A DNA stretch of 64,000 nt from assembly GCA_964016885.1 (NCBI GenBank), contig OZ024741.1, positions 128,960,001 to 129,024,000 on the forward strand, written 5' to 3'. This document shows positions 23,700 through 35,863 of the stretch, one piece after another. The translations under genes were made by a program, and so were the position numbers. The notes beneath the pieces were generated by a model. The model was not told the origin of the DNA. It saw only the letters and a list, made by a program, of their open reading frames with translations, and searched no databases. Origin of the DNA: Eledone cirrhosa. Its lineage: Eukaryota. The first letter of the stretch is position 1. Each line of letters starts with the position of its first letter.

Positions 23700-25248
23700 T
23701 ATATTTCTTTATTAGCCACAGGGGCACAAAAGAAGGGGACAAATACAAAGGGGGAAGTTTACATACAATAAAAACGTGTAAAATGTTATCACAGATGGAA
23801 TTTAAAAGTTAGTCGATTTTCCCCAATAGAGGGAGACAGTTTATATGGGTAACACAGACCCCCGAAAAAAATGTGCAACCCTCATCTCCAGGAGTACGAA
23901 GAGCTTGTACTCCTTTCCTCTCCTCCTCCTTTTCCTCAACCTACAGGCTGATATAGAGAGAAGGCCCATTCACTCGGGCCATTCTCGCCACTTTCACCCA
24001 CCTTTCATAAAACTTGCTGGGGTACAGCACCTCTCTCTCCATCCTGATTCTTCTTCCAAAGTGGTATTTGAAAAAAAGAATCAGTTGTTGGCCGGAGAGA
24101 AAGGTGTCTGACCTCAGCCCTTTCAACCTTGTCCACCATATAACCTCTTTCGCCATAGCTATCACACAAAGGAAAACCGCCTCTCCTTCGTTTTTGAAGG
24201 AGGGTGGCGGTTTGATCATGACAATGGACTCGGTGGTCAACTGGATTGGTCCCACCCGCGACAATAGTCGTTCTACATAGCCCCACAGGTCAGTGACGCC
24301 CGGGCAGTGTATGAATGCGTGCGCGACGGTTTCTTCGTCTCGCACGCACCTCGGACAGATCTTTTTTGCAGGGTCCCTGCCCGGGCGCCCATGTCTGTAG
24401 AGCTTGTCTCGAACTGGTAGAGCTCCTCGGTAGCACTGCCAGGCCAGGGACTTTTGGAAGTTGTCCATCGGTCCCGGGCGGAAGGTCCTACCGAACAGAC
24501 TGGCCAGTTCATCTTCCTCCACGCCTAGAGTTTCACCGAGCGCGTCGTCGCACTTGCTGCGGACCAACCCTCTATAGAATGACGAAGTGGAGTCTCCACT
24601 GACCGCTGGGTCCGCCTGCCAGAGGGCTGTGAGCGCCTGAGCACATTCGATGTGCCAGTCGCCCATTTTCCTCGGTCTCTGCTTGACCCAGGACTGCAGC
24701 TCGGTCAGCGAGACGAGTCGTGGGAAGGCTCGCCTCACGAACGGGGCCCACACCGGTTGTCCGGTGAGGAATACGTAGAGATGCCGCAGCCTGAGCGCGT
24801 GTTTGCGCATCGTCAACCACGGCATCCCCAGCCCTCCCTTAGAAGGGTGTTGGCAGCAGATGGATCTTCTTACCAAAGGAGCCCGCCTCTTCCAAAGGAA
24901 TCGGAAGAGGGCGCGCTCCATTTTGGCGAGCGTTTTGGCTGGACAAGGCACGACGGTCAAGCGGTAGTAGATGGCGGACGCTATAAAAGTGTTCGCCACC
25001 TCCGCTCGACCTTTCAAGGATAGTTTGCACTCGGCCCACTTCTGGGTGAGTGCAAACACCTTGGCCGTCACTTCGTTCCAGTTCTTCTCCACCTGGAGGT
25101 CCGGACCAAACCAGACCCCGAGCAGCTTTACCGGTCCTTCCGTCCAGCGTCCGACGACGCCATCGGAAGGCATCGGTCTGCCTCTCCACGATCCGAGTTG
25201 CAAACCGATGGACTTGTCCCGGTTCAGCTTCGCTCCTGTGAGAGACAT
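23700..25248 (-). mobile_element. 5'-truncated L1/Tx1-clade LINE
   Basis: ORF2 C-terminus, 3' UTR with aataaa, ends in TA-rich sequence. Confidence 0.85.
23941..25248 (-). CDS. L1/Tx1 ORF2 C-terminal part (RT thumb plus zinc knuckle)
   Basis: GAKLNRDKS, KLLGVWF, LSLKGRA, GGLGMP, CPRC..DEETVAHAFIHC. Confidence 0.85.
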   Translation of the reverse strand: MSLTGAKLNRDKSIGLQLGSWRGRPMPSDGVVGRWTEGPVKLLGVWFGPDLQVEKNWNEVTAKVFALTQKWAECKLSLKGRAEVANTFIASAIYYRLTVVPCPAKTLAKMERALFRFLWKRRAPLVRRSICCQHPSKGGLGMPWLTMRKHALRLRHLYVFLTGQPVWAPFVRRAFPRLVSLTELQSWVKQRPRKMGDWHIECAQALTALWQADPAVSGDSTSSFYRGLVRSKCDDALGETLGVEEDELASLFGRTFRPGPMDNFQKSLAWQCYRGALPVRDKLYRHGRPGRDPAKKICPRCVRDEETVAHAFIHCPGVTDLWGYVERLLSRVGPIQLTTESIVMIKPPPSFKNEGEAVFLCVIAMAKEVIWWTRLKGLRSDTFLSGQQLILFFKYHFGRRIRMEREVLYPSKFYERWVKVARMARVNGPSLYISL

Positions 25249-25744
25249 TTTAATTGCAAAAGAGTAAAAAACACCAAATGATAGGCAAATAGAAATGTAA
25301 ATAGTAATACAGTCTTATTTTAGGATCTCGTGGATTGGCAGTATCGGTAGAGGGTCGGACGTCATACTTTGACGCATAGAGTTACGGCCCTTTCTATTCT
25401 GAGTTCAAATCCCGCCGATTCAAATTTGCCTTTCATCCTTACGGGGTCGATAAAATAAAGTACCAGTAATGTACTGAGTAATTGCTGGCCTTGTGCCAAA
25501 AGTAGAAACAATTATTATGAAACTGAAATTTCAGGACGGTAAATAAAAAATTGAAACAAACACAAACGGCGGAAAAAATGAGTTACTCTCTCTAGAGTGT
25601 ACTGCGACAATTTATACAGAGGTCTGTCCCACTATAGAATACATGTAACGGCTTATACAATTAGTTGAGAAAAGTAAATGAAAAGGACAAAAAGAGAGAA
25701 GGATCAAGCAACGAAAGAAAACGAGATGGGGAGGGAGGGACAGT

Positions 25745-26105
25745 CACTACACTCCAGTCTAAGCAGTTCCTCAGCCACGCCCCGCGTACAAAACGGTAAA
25801 AGCGTTACCGCAGAGAATGGCCAGAGACACCCACTGTAACAGCTCTCCCACCCCATGGGGTGCCCTCCTCAAGCAGGCCTCTGTCTTACCGAATTTACGT
25901 AGGAAAATCAGCTAGTGGGCGTGGGGGGGGGGGACTAAGGACAGAAGAGGTCTCAACGAAGACCCGTACGAAGAAGAAGCGGTCGGTCAGGCCCGATATT
26001 TAACTAACTTCATCTCCCCCTCCTCCACATCGCGGGCAGCGGAGCCCAACTTTGTAACCGAAGCGACAAGGTTGGAGGCGAACGAGTCGCTGTACGTGGC
26101 TATCA
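25745..26105 (-). mobile_element. Diverged CRE-like RLE fragment (absent from the ORF track)
   Basis: Manual translation gives ATYSDSF..NLVASVTKLGSAAR, KLVKY..LTDRF..VETS and LQWVSLAILCGNAFTVLYAG, colinear with 26244-26600. Confidence 0.7.
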
Positions 26106-26189
26106 TTCTATCCATTTGTCCGTCTACTTATATAGTATCTAATTGAATCTTTGTTTTTTTTTTTTTTACAATGTATTTTATTTTATTTT

Positions 26190-27179
26190 TTTAAAACACT
26201 TTAGTCTTTATTGTGTTGTATCAGATGAAAGAATGATATTTAACTAATGTATTGGTACGCGATGGGGCCCACCCACAGCCCCGGCGGACAGAATGGAGAA
26301 GGCGTTTCCCCGGAGGACGACAAGGGAGACGCACTGGAAAAACCACTCCAACTCGCGGGGCTCACACCTGCGGCTGGCCAGCTCAGGGCCTATGGTGGTG
26401 AGTAAGGAGGTAGCCCTGGGGCCGAGGAGACCAGAAGTCTCCACAGCCAGGGGAACAACCGCAAACCTGTCGGAGAGCGACGGGTATTTGAGGAGTTTGG
26501 CCCCCTCAGCCCGACGTGCAGCAGAACCTGGGTCAGTCGCAGACTGCACCAGGTTGCGGCTGCAGAAAGTGTCGGTGCAAGTGGCATCCCAGACGAGGGG
26601 TTTGCCACCACGGAACGGGAAGATGGTCATGCCATCTGGCCTTTTGCTGTCCCCTCGATCCAGCCCCACCGGCTCGAGCTGGGAAGGGAAGCCTGCAGCG
26701 TCCAAGCCATGCTTAATGACCTCATTGAGGGCAGCATGGCGTGGAATGCGGCTGGCACTGTGACGACAGGAAAGCGGGTGGAGGCCGAAAGAGTCCACGG
26801 TGGAACCGGAGCGACATTGGTGTGGCTGGCAGATCCGGAGGCCGAGCCTCAGGGAAACGCCGATTCGCAGGATATGGTTGTCTAGCTGCGGGCCAGTGGA
26901 GAAGGAGGGCAGGGCATGGAGCCAGGCACCACTGTGGGTTTGGAGGCCGCACGAAAACAAGCAAGGCGGTGCTGGTCGAGCTGGCGCGTGAGCCTGTCTG
27001 AGGCCAGGCTGCACTGGATGGCATCCCAAGTGCGTTGGGGGGACTTGACGTCAACAAGGGGAGAAGGAAGAGGGAGGTCTACTGGGCTAAGTCCCAGCCG
27101 GTCTCACGTCTCACAGGCGGCCTCACGTTCTCTCAACACAGAGGGTTCTGTTGTGTTTTGAAGAACCCTGCTGACGAGG
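26190..27179 (-). mobile_element. CRE-like non-LTR element, 3' ~1 kb (copy A1)
   Basis: GAWLHALP, C..H.LSC zinc motif, RHAALN, KRPDG, VWDATCTDT, KLLKY, VETSG: a restriction-like endonuclease domain. Confidence 0.85.
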
Positions 27180-27625
27180 ACGCGGCACGAGGTTCATCCA
27201 TCAATTTATTTACATCGCTTACAATTTCCACTACTTTTAACGGTTTCTCTTCTTCGATTTAATTACAATTTTCTCAATGACAATATATATATTACATTAC
27301 ACTTAGCAGTGTCAGATTTTATACATGTAGTACTAAAAAAAGAAGAAATGGGGAGAGGAGACCCGCACATTCAATGACATACAATTTGTTACAGTTGCTC
27401 TCTAATAAATTTCCGTCTTCCTAATTTCACTTACAATATTTTGGTCGACACTAGGCTATGCATAGTAAAAGACACTTGCCCCAGATGCCACGAAGTTGGA
27501 TGGAACCCATACCCTGGTGATTGTAAAACGACTAATTTCTAAAGTTGAAATGCGGTCAATATACATCGATTATAAGGCTTCCTACAATTTGAAACCACGT
27601 GCTTATGTTACAAATCAATCTATTT

Positions 27626-28597
27626 CAGTAGCTGTGTTAAAGTTACAATGTTAAGTTTCTTTCTTGGCTTAAAAACTGTAGTGTCTACTGTGCAGACTTG
27701 CATGTGGTGTTTTTGATTAATATTCCCTCAACCAACAATATGCCTTATGAAGTTAAGAAAACATAACGATAACCCGAATGTTATAACAAAAGAGGATGCT
27801 GGGGATAGAAACTGCACTGGTTATTTATTAACAAAGATCGAAAATGTAAACACTGCAACGCAGAGAAAAACATTAGCGTAACCAAATTATCAGTTATGTC
27901 TGTCTGCACGCCTATATCACCTCTCTGCACGACTATCTGTCTGCACGCCTATATCACCTCTCTGCACGACTATCTGTCTGCACGCCTATATCACCTCTCT
28001 GCACGACTATCTGTCTGCACGCCTATATCACCTCTCTGCACGACTATCTGTCTGCACGCGTATATCACCTCTCTGCACGACTGTCTGTCTGCACGACTGT
28101 CTGTCTGCACGACTGTCTGTCTGCACGCCTAACGACGAAATATTTGCTTGTTTTACGTAGTCTTTAAATAGACTTGTTTTCAAGTAAAAATATTGTTTTA
28201 AAATGCTTTTAAATGGAAATGAAGCAAAACGGAAGCTTAGTGTTCGAACTGATGAATTTTGCAGGTCAATATTTTGCTGGCTCGACAACTGTTCGTTCGT
28301 GTATTGTGTTAATGTCATTTTAAACGCTGAGAAAGCCAGCGTAATTTTTTACGTAAGACGCTCAATGTAAACAGAACAAAGGGAAATAACTGATAACTTA
28401 CGCTCAAAAATCGATACATTATATTCGATTTCGTCACATAGGGTGGGTCAATTTGAAATTTTTTTTTTTCCGATGTCTTCGCTAGGGCTCAATGTACAAG
28501 TATAGCAATTTCGGTGCAATTCCGTGAGAGATTCTAAGAGGAGATGTGTGCCAAAAATCGATAGACAGACAGACAACGACAGTTTTATATATATAGA
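27626..28597 (-). mobile_element. Non-autonomous Helitron lacking its last ~35 bp
   Basis: A|TCTATATAT 5' end at 28597; reverse complement of 33607-34546; contains a 37-bp minisatellite. Confidence 0.85.
27898..28130. repeat. 37-bp minisatellite (ctatctgtctgcacgcctatatcacctctctgcacga) inside the Helitron; mirrored at 34074-34275
   Basis: About 5-6 units, period 37. Confidence 0.9.
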
Positions 28598-28620
28598 TTA
28601 ATCTGAATAAGAACAGCAGT

Positions 28621-28650
28621 AGCCCGGGCAACGCTGGGTAATTCAGCTAG
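28621..28650 (+). mobile_element. Orphan Helitron-type 3' terminus
   Basis: cccgggcaacgctggg hairpin followed by CTAG|T. Confidence 0.55.
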
Positions 28651-28817
28651 TATCAAATATTGAAAACAAAAATTGTTTGTCAAAAAGAGTCAACAGAGAA
28701 AATCATTTACATTTTTATTTCATCTCTGATTCGTCATTTGTATAAAAATAAAATTATTTACATTTTAATTTAGAAATATTTCGAGGATATGGGAAAAAAA
28801 ACTATTCATATGTATTT

Positions 28818-29090
28818 TTCTTCTTCTTTGCTCACTTATTCGTGAGAGGGTCGTGGTAGTAGAGTCCCCAAACACGCTATCCAGCTGGATCCCCACGCGA
28901 GACCAGCCGAGCTCATGGATGTTATCCAACCATCTTGCTCGGGGTCTACTCCTGGGTCACCTGCAGGTTGGCTTTGCTCATAAATACTGTCCAGCGATTC
29001 TTTCCTGAGACATTCTATCCGTAATATCGGAGCTGTGGTCTATCAATTCGGAAAAGCAGCGATTTTCTAATCTCTGAGCGACGTATATCG
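28818..29090 (-). mobile_element. RTE-like 3' fragment of another family
   Basis: PRSRPRARWLDNI-like coding remnant and (GAA)n tail. Confidence 0.6.
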
Positions 29091-29797
29091 AGTAATGTTT
29101 CGTAAAGTTTAAATATGTAAATAAATAAAGGGACTTTATTTACATTAGGGACAATTATTATTCACCGGTGTTAAGTAAACAGTTTTCTTATCACATTTCA
29201 TTTCGTGAATAGTGGTTGTACATCGTTTAGTAATACCCACATCGGAAATGGATGTAATAGTAAAAAAAATAATAATAACTTTAAGGATAGTTTGTTGATA
29301 TGTTTGGTTAGAATTTTTAATGTGAAATTTATGTTTTGAATGAATATAACATGGCTTTCAAAAAGCCGTTGTAAATTCCTCGTTCCATGTGGTCCCATCG
29401 CCCAAGAACTCCATAACACCCGTATCGGAGACGAGTATAATAAGAAAAATATTATCTCATATTTTATCGGCTTCAGAAGGATGAAAGGCAAAAATTGGGC
29501 TCGGCAGGATTTGAAAGCAGAACGTAGAAGGCCGCAACGCAATACTGTAATGTATTTTATCCGACACTCTAACGATTCGGCCAATCCACCACCTTTATGG
29601 CAATTAATGCAACCCAGTCTCAAGTCTTGAACTGTTGAGTGTACACAGCATCATTCAGCTTTTATACCATTAAAAGTACAAGCCAACGCGAGAGCCTCGA
29701 TCGACCTGCTAGAGATAGCAATCAAAATTCACTCAAACCACAACTTACTCGTCGAAAATATATTTCTGTGACTTTATTTCCGTTACGATAATGGAAG

Positions 29798-30783
29798 GTA
29801 TCAGATGAAAGAATGGTATTTAACTAATGTATTGGTACGCGATGGGGCCCACCCACAGCCCGGCAGACAGAATGGAGAAGGCGTTTCCCCGGAGGGACGG
29901 CAAGGGAGACGCACTGGAAAAACCACTCCAACTCGCGGGGTTCACACCTGCGGCTGGCCAGCTCAGCGCCTATGGTGGTGAGTAAGGAGGTAGCCCTGGG
30001 GCCGAGGACACCAGAAGTCTCCAATGCCAGGGGAACGACCGCAAACCTGTCGGAGAGCGACGGGTATTTGAGGAGTTTGGCCCCCTCAGCCCGACGTGCA
30101 GCAGAACCTGGATCAGTCGCAGACTGCACCAGGTTGCGGCTGCAGAAAGTGTCGGTGCAAGTGGCATCCCAGACGAGGGGTTTGCCACCACGGAACGGGA
30201 AGATGGTCATGCCATCTGGCCTTTTGCTGTCCCCTCGATCCAGCCCCACCGGCTCGAGCTGGGAAGGGAAGCCTGCAGCGTCCAAGCCATGCTTAATGAC
30301 CTCGTTGAGGGCAGTATGGCGTGGAATGCGGCCGGCACTGTGGTGACAGGAAAGCGGGTGGAGGTCGAAAGAGTCCACGGTGGAACCGCAGCGACATTGG
30401 TGTGGCTGGCAGATCCGGAGGCCGAGCCTCAGGGAAACGCCGATTCGCAGGTTATGGTTGTCTAGCTGCGTGCCAGAGCATGGAGCCAGGCACCACTGTG
30501 GGTTTGGAGGCCGCCCGAAAACAAGCAAGGCGGTGCTGGTCGAGCTGGCGCGTGAGCCTGTCTGAGGCCAGGCTGCACTGGATGGCATCCCAAGTGCGTT
30601 GGGGGGACTTGACGTCAACAGGGGGAGAAGGAGGGGGGACGTCTACTGGGCTAAGTCCCAGCCGGTCCCACGTCTCACAGGCAGCCTCACGTTCTCTCAA
30701 CACAGAGGGTTCTGTTTTGAAGAACCCTGCTGACGAGGTTACCGACGAAAGATACGCCGGCAAAGCTAGTTCATGGAGGTTCT
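29798..30783 (-). mobile_element. CRE-like non-LTR element, 3' ~1 kb (copy A2)
   Basis: Near-identical to 26219-27179 with small indels; extends about 45 bp further 5' (LALPAYLSS). Confidence 0.85.
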
Positions 30784-31088
30784 CTATGTGATTGTTTAAT
30801 TTGCTAGAAATAGCAGTTATATTCCCCCACCTGAAATCCAACACAACCACTTTAAACAAGCTATTCTGTGACTATATTGGATAATGAAGTATCAGATGCA
30901 CAATTCCTGCATAAAAGACGGAATAGACATGGATGGAACGTCATTGGTCTACTTAATCAGAGCTGACACAGGGGGCTAAAGAACAACAACATACTCGTCT
31001 TATCAAAAGACATTGAATAGCCTAGTCCGGAGCACACGAAGTCTATAAAAACAAAAACAAAACAAAAAAAAACTGATTACAACTGCAA

Positions 31089-31128
<40 letters not shown>

Positions 31129-31369
31129 ATGATCGTTTTCAGAGCCTCGGAAGTGAAGAATGCATCGTCCAACTGGAAACCTGGTTCGAACGCAGAATGC
31201 AAAAGAAATACCAAAAAGCATCTCGTTCGATGCTCTACTTATTCCACCAGTCCACCACCATGAATTGGTACATCGGCCTAGGGGTAATAAAAGGCTAAAT
31301 TGATCTCGGCGTGATTTGAACTTAGAACGCAGAGAACCAGAACAAATATAAAAAAATTTATTCTCATCT

Positions 31370-31380
31370 AAAAAAAAAAA
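31370..31380 (-). terminator. Pol III oligo(T) terminator of the tRNA gene
   Basis: T-run 6 nt after the discriminator base on the minus strand. Confidence 0.8.
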
Positions 31381-31386
31381 CTTATA

Positions 31387-31476
31387 CGCCCGCAGAGGGA
31401 CTTGAACCCGCGACCCTCAGATCACTTAAGATATATACTTAAAAGTCTGATGCTCTACCGACTGAGCTATGCGGGC
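31387..31476 (-). tRNA. tRNA-Lys-TTT: tRNA-Lys(UUU) with a 17-nt intron at canonical position 37/38
   Basis: GCCCGCATAGCTCAGTCGGTAGAGCATCAGACTTTTA[agtatatatcttaagtg]ATCTGAGGGTCGCGGGTTCAAGTCCCTCTGCGGGCG. Perfect acceptor stem, intact A and B boxes, one C-U mismatch in the T stem. Intron at 31423-31439. Confidence 0.9.
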
Positions 31477-31902
31477 GGACAATTATAATGTTTTAACATT
31501 TAGCATAAGTTTCTAACATAACTAGGTGATTGCTATAGGTGACTGACAGTTTAATGGAATACTGTAAAAAGGAAAGAAAAGATAAGTGATATTAAACATA
31601 TAACTGTTTCTACTTTTGGCACAAGACCAGTAATAAACCAGTACATTACTGGTACTTTATTTTATCGACCCCGTAAGGATGAAAGGCAAAGTTAACCTCG
31701 GCGGGATTTGAACTCAGAATGACAAGGGCCGTAACTCTATGCGTCAAAGCATGGCGTTCGACGCCTCTACCGATATTGCCAATTAAACATATAACATGAA
31801 GATATATATATATATATATATATGAACCCCAAGTATCAAGTACTCTAGTGGGTTATGGTCCACCTGGTATTTGACCACACCCTATCTGATATATATATAT
31901 AT

Positions 31903-32845
31903 TGTGGTTAGAAAAAGCTATCTCACTTACCGCTTTTCATAGGCGCCGCTAAATCCCATTGCTGGTTTCTCCTCTTCCACGTGCGTCCAACTCATTAACA
32001 CCGGGAGCTGCCAAAACTCGCGTCCACAGTGTTCCTGGTCACCACTAGAGAGAGGCCGATCTGCTGGCCCTTCCGGTCAAGCACTCTTCCGGTCGAGCCC
32101 GCACGCCACACCATACCCACACGCCCCCCCCCCCCCCCCCTGATCTCAAGGATCAATTTCCCCCTCGTCCTTCTGCATATGAAAGTCTGCTGTCCAGGTT
32201 GGTGGTTTGCGACTTCTTTGCGATCTCCTCAGTGTTGGGGTAGCACTTTGGGTTTCCTTTTCCTCGGAGTCCGTTGACACAGTGATTCTACGGACATCCA
32301 GGACATGACGTGGTACTCCGTCCACGGACACATTGTTCTGGGAATTTATGGCCGTCACCGTTCCCCTTCCCCATTGAGATGTGCAACGTGCATCTGGGGG
32401 CTTAACCCAGACTTCTTCGCCCACCTGCACGAATGCACTCTCTCTCCCCACTGGCCGTTGTGGTGGCGTGCACGGGTGCCACCACTCGTATCTGAATACT
32501 GCTCTGTGTGGCACCGATTCCTCGACCTGTCCCACCTGAGGGGACATGTTGTACACTGCCTCCATTGGTGAGATATGGCCCCGCTCCGCCATTGCCTTGA
32601 TCGTCCGGTGGTGTCGCTCCACAATTCCATTCCCGCTCGGCCTGTGCGCTGCTCTGAAGAAACGGTCCACCTTCCATCCATTGAGCATCTCCCTCAGCGC
32701 CTCCGAGCGGAACGCTGCGCTGTTGTCCATCAGCAGTTCGTTCACAGGGCCCCGCTCCAAGAACACCTCTCTCAACGTCCGGTCAAGCACTTTTCCGGTC
32801 GAGCACTCCCCAGCTTCTGGCCACCGCACGCCACACCATACCCAC
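31903..32845 (-). mobile_element. Gypsy LTR-retrotransposon remnant (integrase C-terminal half plus LTR piece)
   Basis: LLMDN..F, HRPSGNGIVERHHRTIK, VGEEVWVK, W..GTV, LRRSQR..KPP; purine tract after the ORF; LTR-like piece ending ..ACCACA at 31903. Confidence 0.8.
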
Positions 32846-33198
32846 ATATATATCATTGATATATATATATATATCATTGATATATATATATATATATCAT
32901 TGATATATATATATATATCATTGATATATATATATATTCATGTTATATGTTTGATATCACTTATTTTTTCTGTCCTTTATATATATTTAGCAGCATGGTG
33001 TATAAATGTTATTGAGACACGAGTAACATAATAATGATGTCAACAGCAGAAATTAGAGATGAAATGTATGTTTATTTTTGATGTAGCACAAAAAATGTTG
33101 GTTAACTTGTATGGTTGAAATTACACATAAAAATGAGGTTACAAAACGGAATGTGCCATTGCGCCGGAAAGCCGGCAGGCTAAGGTGCAAAATCTCAC

Positions 33199-33298
33199 CG
33201 TCACATGTACGTGTTGCTGGTTCGAAGTTCCTAGTGCGAGAGAGAGATTCTTCAAATCTTCGCGGGTAATTTCTCCCCCAGGACGCGTAGGGATACAT
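33199..33298 (-). CDS. Putative first coding exon of the minus-strand TM/ankyrin gene (MYPYASWGRNYPRRFEESLSRTRNFEPATRTCD)
   Basis: aggATG start, 100 nt, donor ACG|gtgaga, phase 1, compatible with exon 8505-8666; lies in a CpG-rich unique island. Confidence 0.45.
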
Positions 33299-33299
33299 C

Positions 33300-33382
33300 C
33301 TCTTCTACTGGCGCTGATTGGCTGAACTGAGCCAAATCACGCACAGAATATGTATGTGAGCCCGCGGAATGTAGGTCACTAC
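33300..33382 (-). promoter_or_regulatory. Putative Pol II promoter
   Basis: CCAAT box in gccaatcagcgcc context at about 33311-33322 (minus strand), CpG-rich, directly upstream of the putative first exon. Confidence 0.4.
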
Positions 33383-33606
33383 ATATATATATATATATTA
33401 TATTATATTTAGAGTTGTAAACTCAAAAAGTCTTTTACGATTAATTAGCTCAAAGAAAGAAGCATTTCTGAGCCGTGAAATACAAGTTAATATAAATTAA
33501 TATATGATAAACACAAAAGTGTTTGTATTGTAAAAGACGAAGTTAGCTAGAATGAAATAAACTAATTCAAATAAAAATATAGATTGCCAGTCTCGATCTA
33601 AACTAA

Positions 33607-34885
33607 TCTATATATATAAAACTGTGGTTGTCTGTCTGTCTATCGATTTTTGGCACACATCTCCTCTTAGAATCTCTCACGGAATTGCACCGAAATTGCT
33701 ATACTTGTACATTGAGCCCTAGCGAAGACATCGGAAAAAAAAAAATTTCAAATTAACCCACCCTATGTGACGAAATCGAATATAATGTATCGATTTTTGA
33801 GCGTAAGTTATCAGTTATTTCCCTTTGTTCTGTTTACATTGAGCGTCTTACGTAAAAAATTACGCTGGCTTTCTCAGCGTTTAAAATGACATTAACACAA
33901 TACACGAACGAACAGTTGTCGAGCCAGCAAAATATTGACCTGCAAAATTCATCAGTTCGAACACTAAGCTTCCGTTTTGCTTCATTTCCATTTAAAAGCA
34001 TTTTAAAACAATATTTTTACTTGAAAACAAGTCTATTTAAAGACTACGTAAAACAAGCAAATATTTCGTCGTTAGGCGTGCAGACAGACAGTCGTGCAGA
34101 GAGGTGATATACGCGTGCAGACAGATAGTCGTGCAGAGAGGTGATATAGGCGTGCAGACAGACAGTCGTGCAGAGAAGTGATATAGGCGTGCAGACAGAT
34201 AGTCGTGCAGAGAGGTGATATAGGCGTGCAGACAGACAGTCGTGCAGAGAGGTGATATAGGCGTGCAGACAGACATAACTGATCATTTGGTTACGCTAAT
34301 GTTTTTCTCTGCGTTGCAGTGTTTACATTTTCGATCTTTGTTAATAAATAACCAGTGCAGTTTCTATCCCCAGCATCCTCTTTTGTTATAACATTCGGGT
34401 TATCGTTATGTTTTCTTAACTTCATAAGGCATATTGTTGGTTGAGGGAATATTAATCAAAAACACCACATGCAAGTCTGCACAGTAGACACTACAGTTTT
34501 TAAGCCAAGAAAGAAACTTAACATTGTAACTTTAACACAGCTACTGAGCGACCCCGAGCAACGCCGGGCTTTACTGCTAGTAACTGATAATTTGGTTACG
34601 CTAATGTTTTTCTCTGCGTTGCAGTGTTTACATTTTCGATCTTTGTTAATAAATAACCAGTGCAGTTTTTATCCCCAGCATCCTCTTTTGTTATAACATT
34701 CGGGTTATCGTTATGTTTTCTTAACTTCATAAGGCATATTGTTGGTTGAGGGAATATTAATCAAAAACACCACATGCAAGTCTGCACAGTAGACACTACA
34801 GTTTTTAAGCCAAAAAAGAAACTTAACATTGTAACTTTAACACAGCTACGGAGCGACCCCGAGCAACGCCGGGCTTTACTGCTAG
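33607..34885 (+). mobile_element. Non-autonomous Helitron with tandemly duplicated 3' 305 bp (two termini)
   Basis: A|TC start at 33607; hairpin cccgagcaacgccggg plus CTAG ending at 34580 and again at 34885|T. Confidence 0.9.
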
Positions 34886-35689
34886 TAAACAATAAATATG
34901 AAGATATGTTTTTTTTTTCTCATAATTATTTCAAAATAACTATATTTTATTTTTAAAATATCAAAATTGTAATGATAATAGAATTTAGAAATAAAAATCT
35001 GTCAATTTTGAAGCACCTTAGGATAAACAATATTCATTGTGTAATTTTTTGTTGGTGTCCAAATGAATAAATTGTTGCTACACACTCACACACATACACT
35101 CTCATATACATATATTAAGACAGACACACACAGGCATACATTCACGCAGACACACGCATAGCTTTTCACCTTATTTTTGGTCAGTTGCTACATATGTGTA
35201 GATGTGAGTGTGTGTATTTAATCACGTACCAAATGAACGCACATACACACACACACACGCACACACACACACTCACAGACACATACATATTCATATACAA
35301 AATGTGACATCGGTATGTTGTTTTCTATTGTTTTAATGCAAATGAAAATAAAAATTATCACACATACACTTACTCATAGACTCACACACACATACACCCA
35401 CCCACACATGTACTCACATACACCCACACACACTTTCACATACACTTACATACTTATACTAAGACAGACACATACAGACATACATTCACGTACACCTGTC
35501 TGTCATCACATATGTATCTGTATGTGTAGATGTGTGTGTTTGTTTAATTGTCTGTGTGTGAGGATAATGTGTATGCAACTTACGTAGTAACGAACTCGCA
35601 AACACACACACTCACAAACACACACACTCATATACAAAATGTGACTCGTTGTCGTCGTCGTCGTCGTGGTTTACTATAGTTCACTATAG

Positions 35690-35863
35690 AAATATTATTT
35701 TAAATAAAATGCCATATTGTTTTAAACCAAATGGAAATAAAAATTACATGTTGACACTCCCGGGGTCTAATACCTTGTAAACTTTGATTTGATTTGGTCC
35801 AGTCGTTTGAGAATGCATAGGAACAGACAGACAGAGACACAAAGAATTTTATATAGAGAGAGA
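35690..35863 (-). mobile_element. Probable Helitron 5' end of another family
   Basis: TCTCTCTCTATATAAAA..gtctgtctgt..ctcaaacgactggaccaaat, same architecture as the other non-autonomous Helitron 5' ends; no 3' terminus found. Confidence 0.45.

Noticed and set aside
25745-26130. GC-rich island with a TATA-like box and gttgggctc, considered as a structured ncRNA
   Set aside because: Translates as a diverged CRE RLE domain.
27898-28130. 37-bp repeats as a CRISPR array or coding repeat
   Set aside because: Spacerless minisatellite inside a non-autonomous Helitron.
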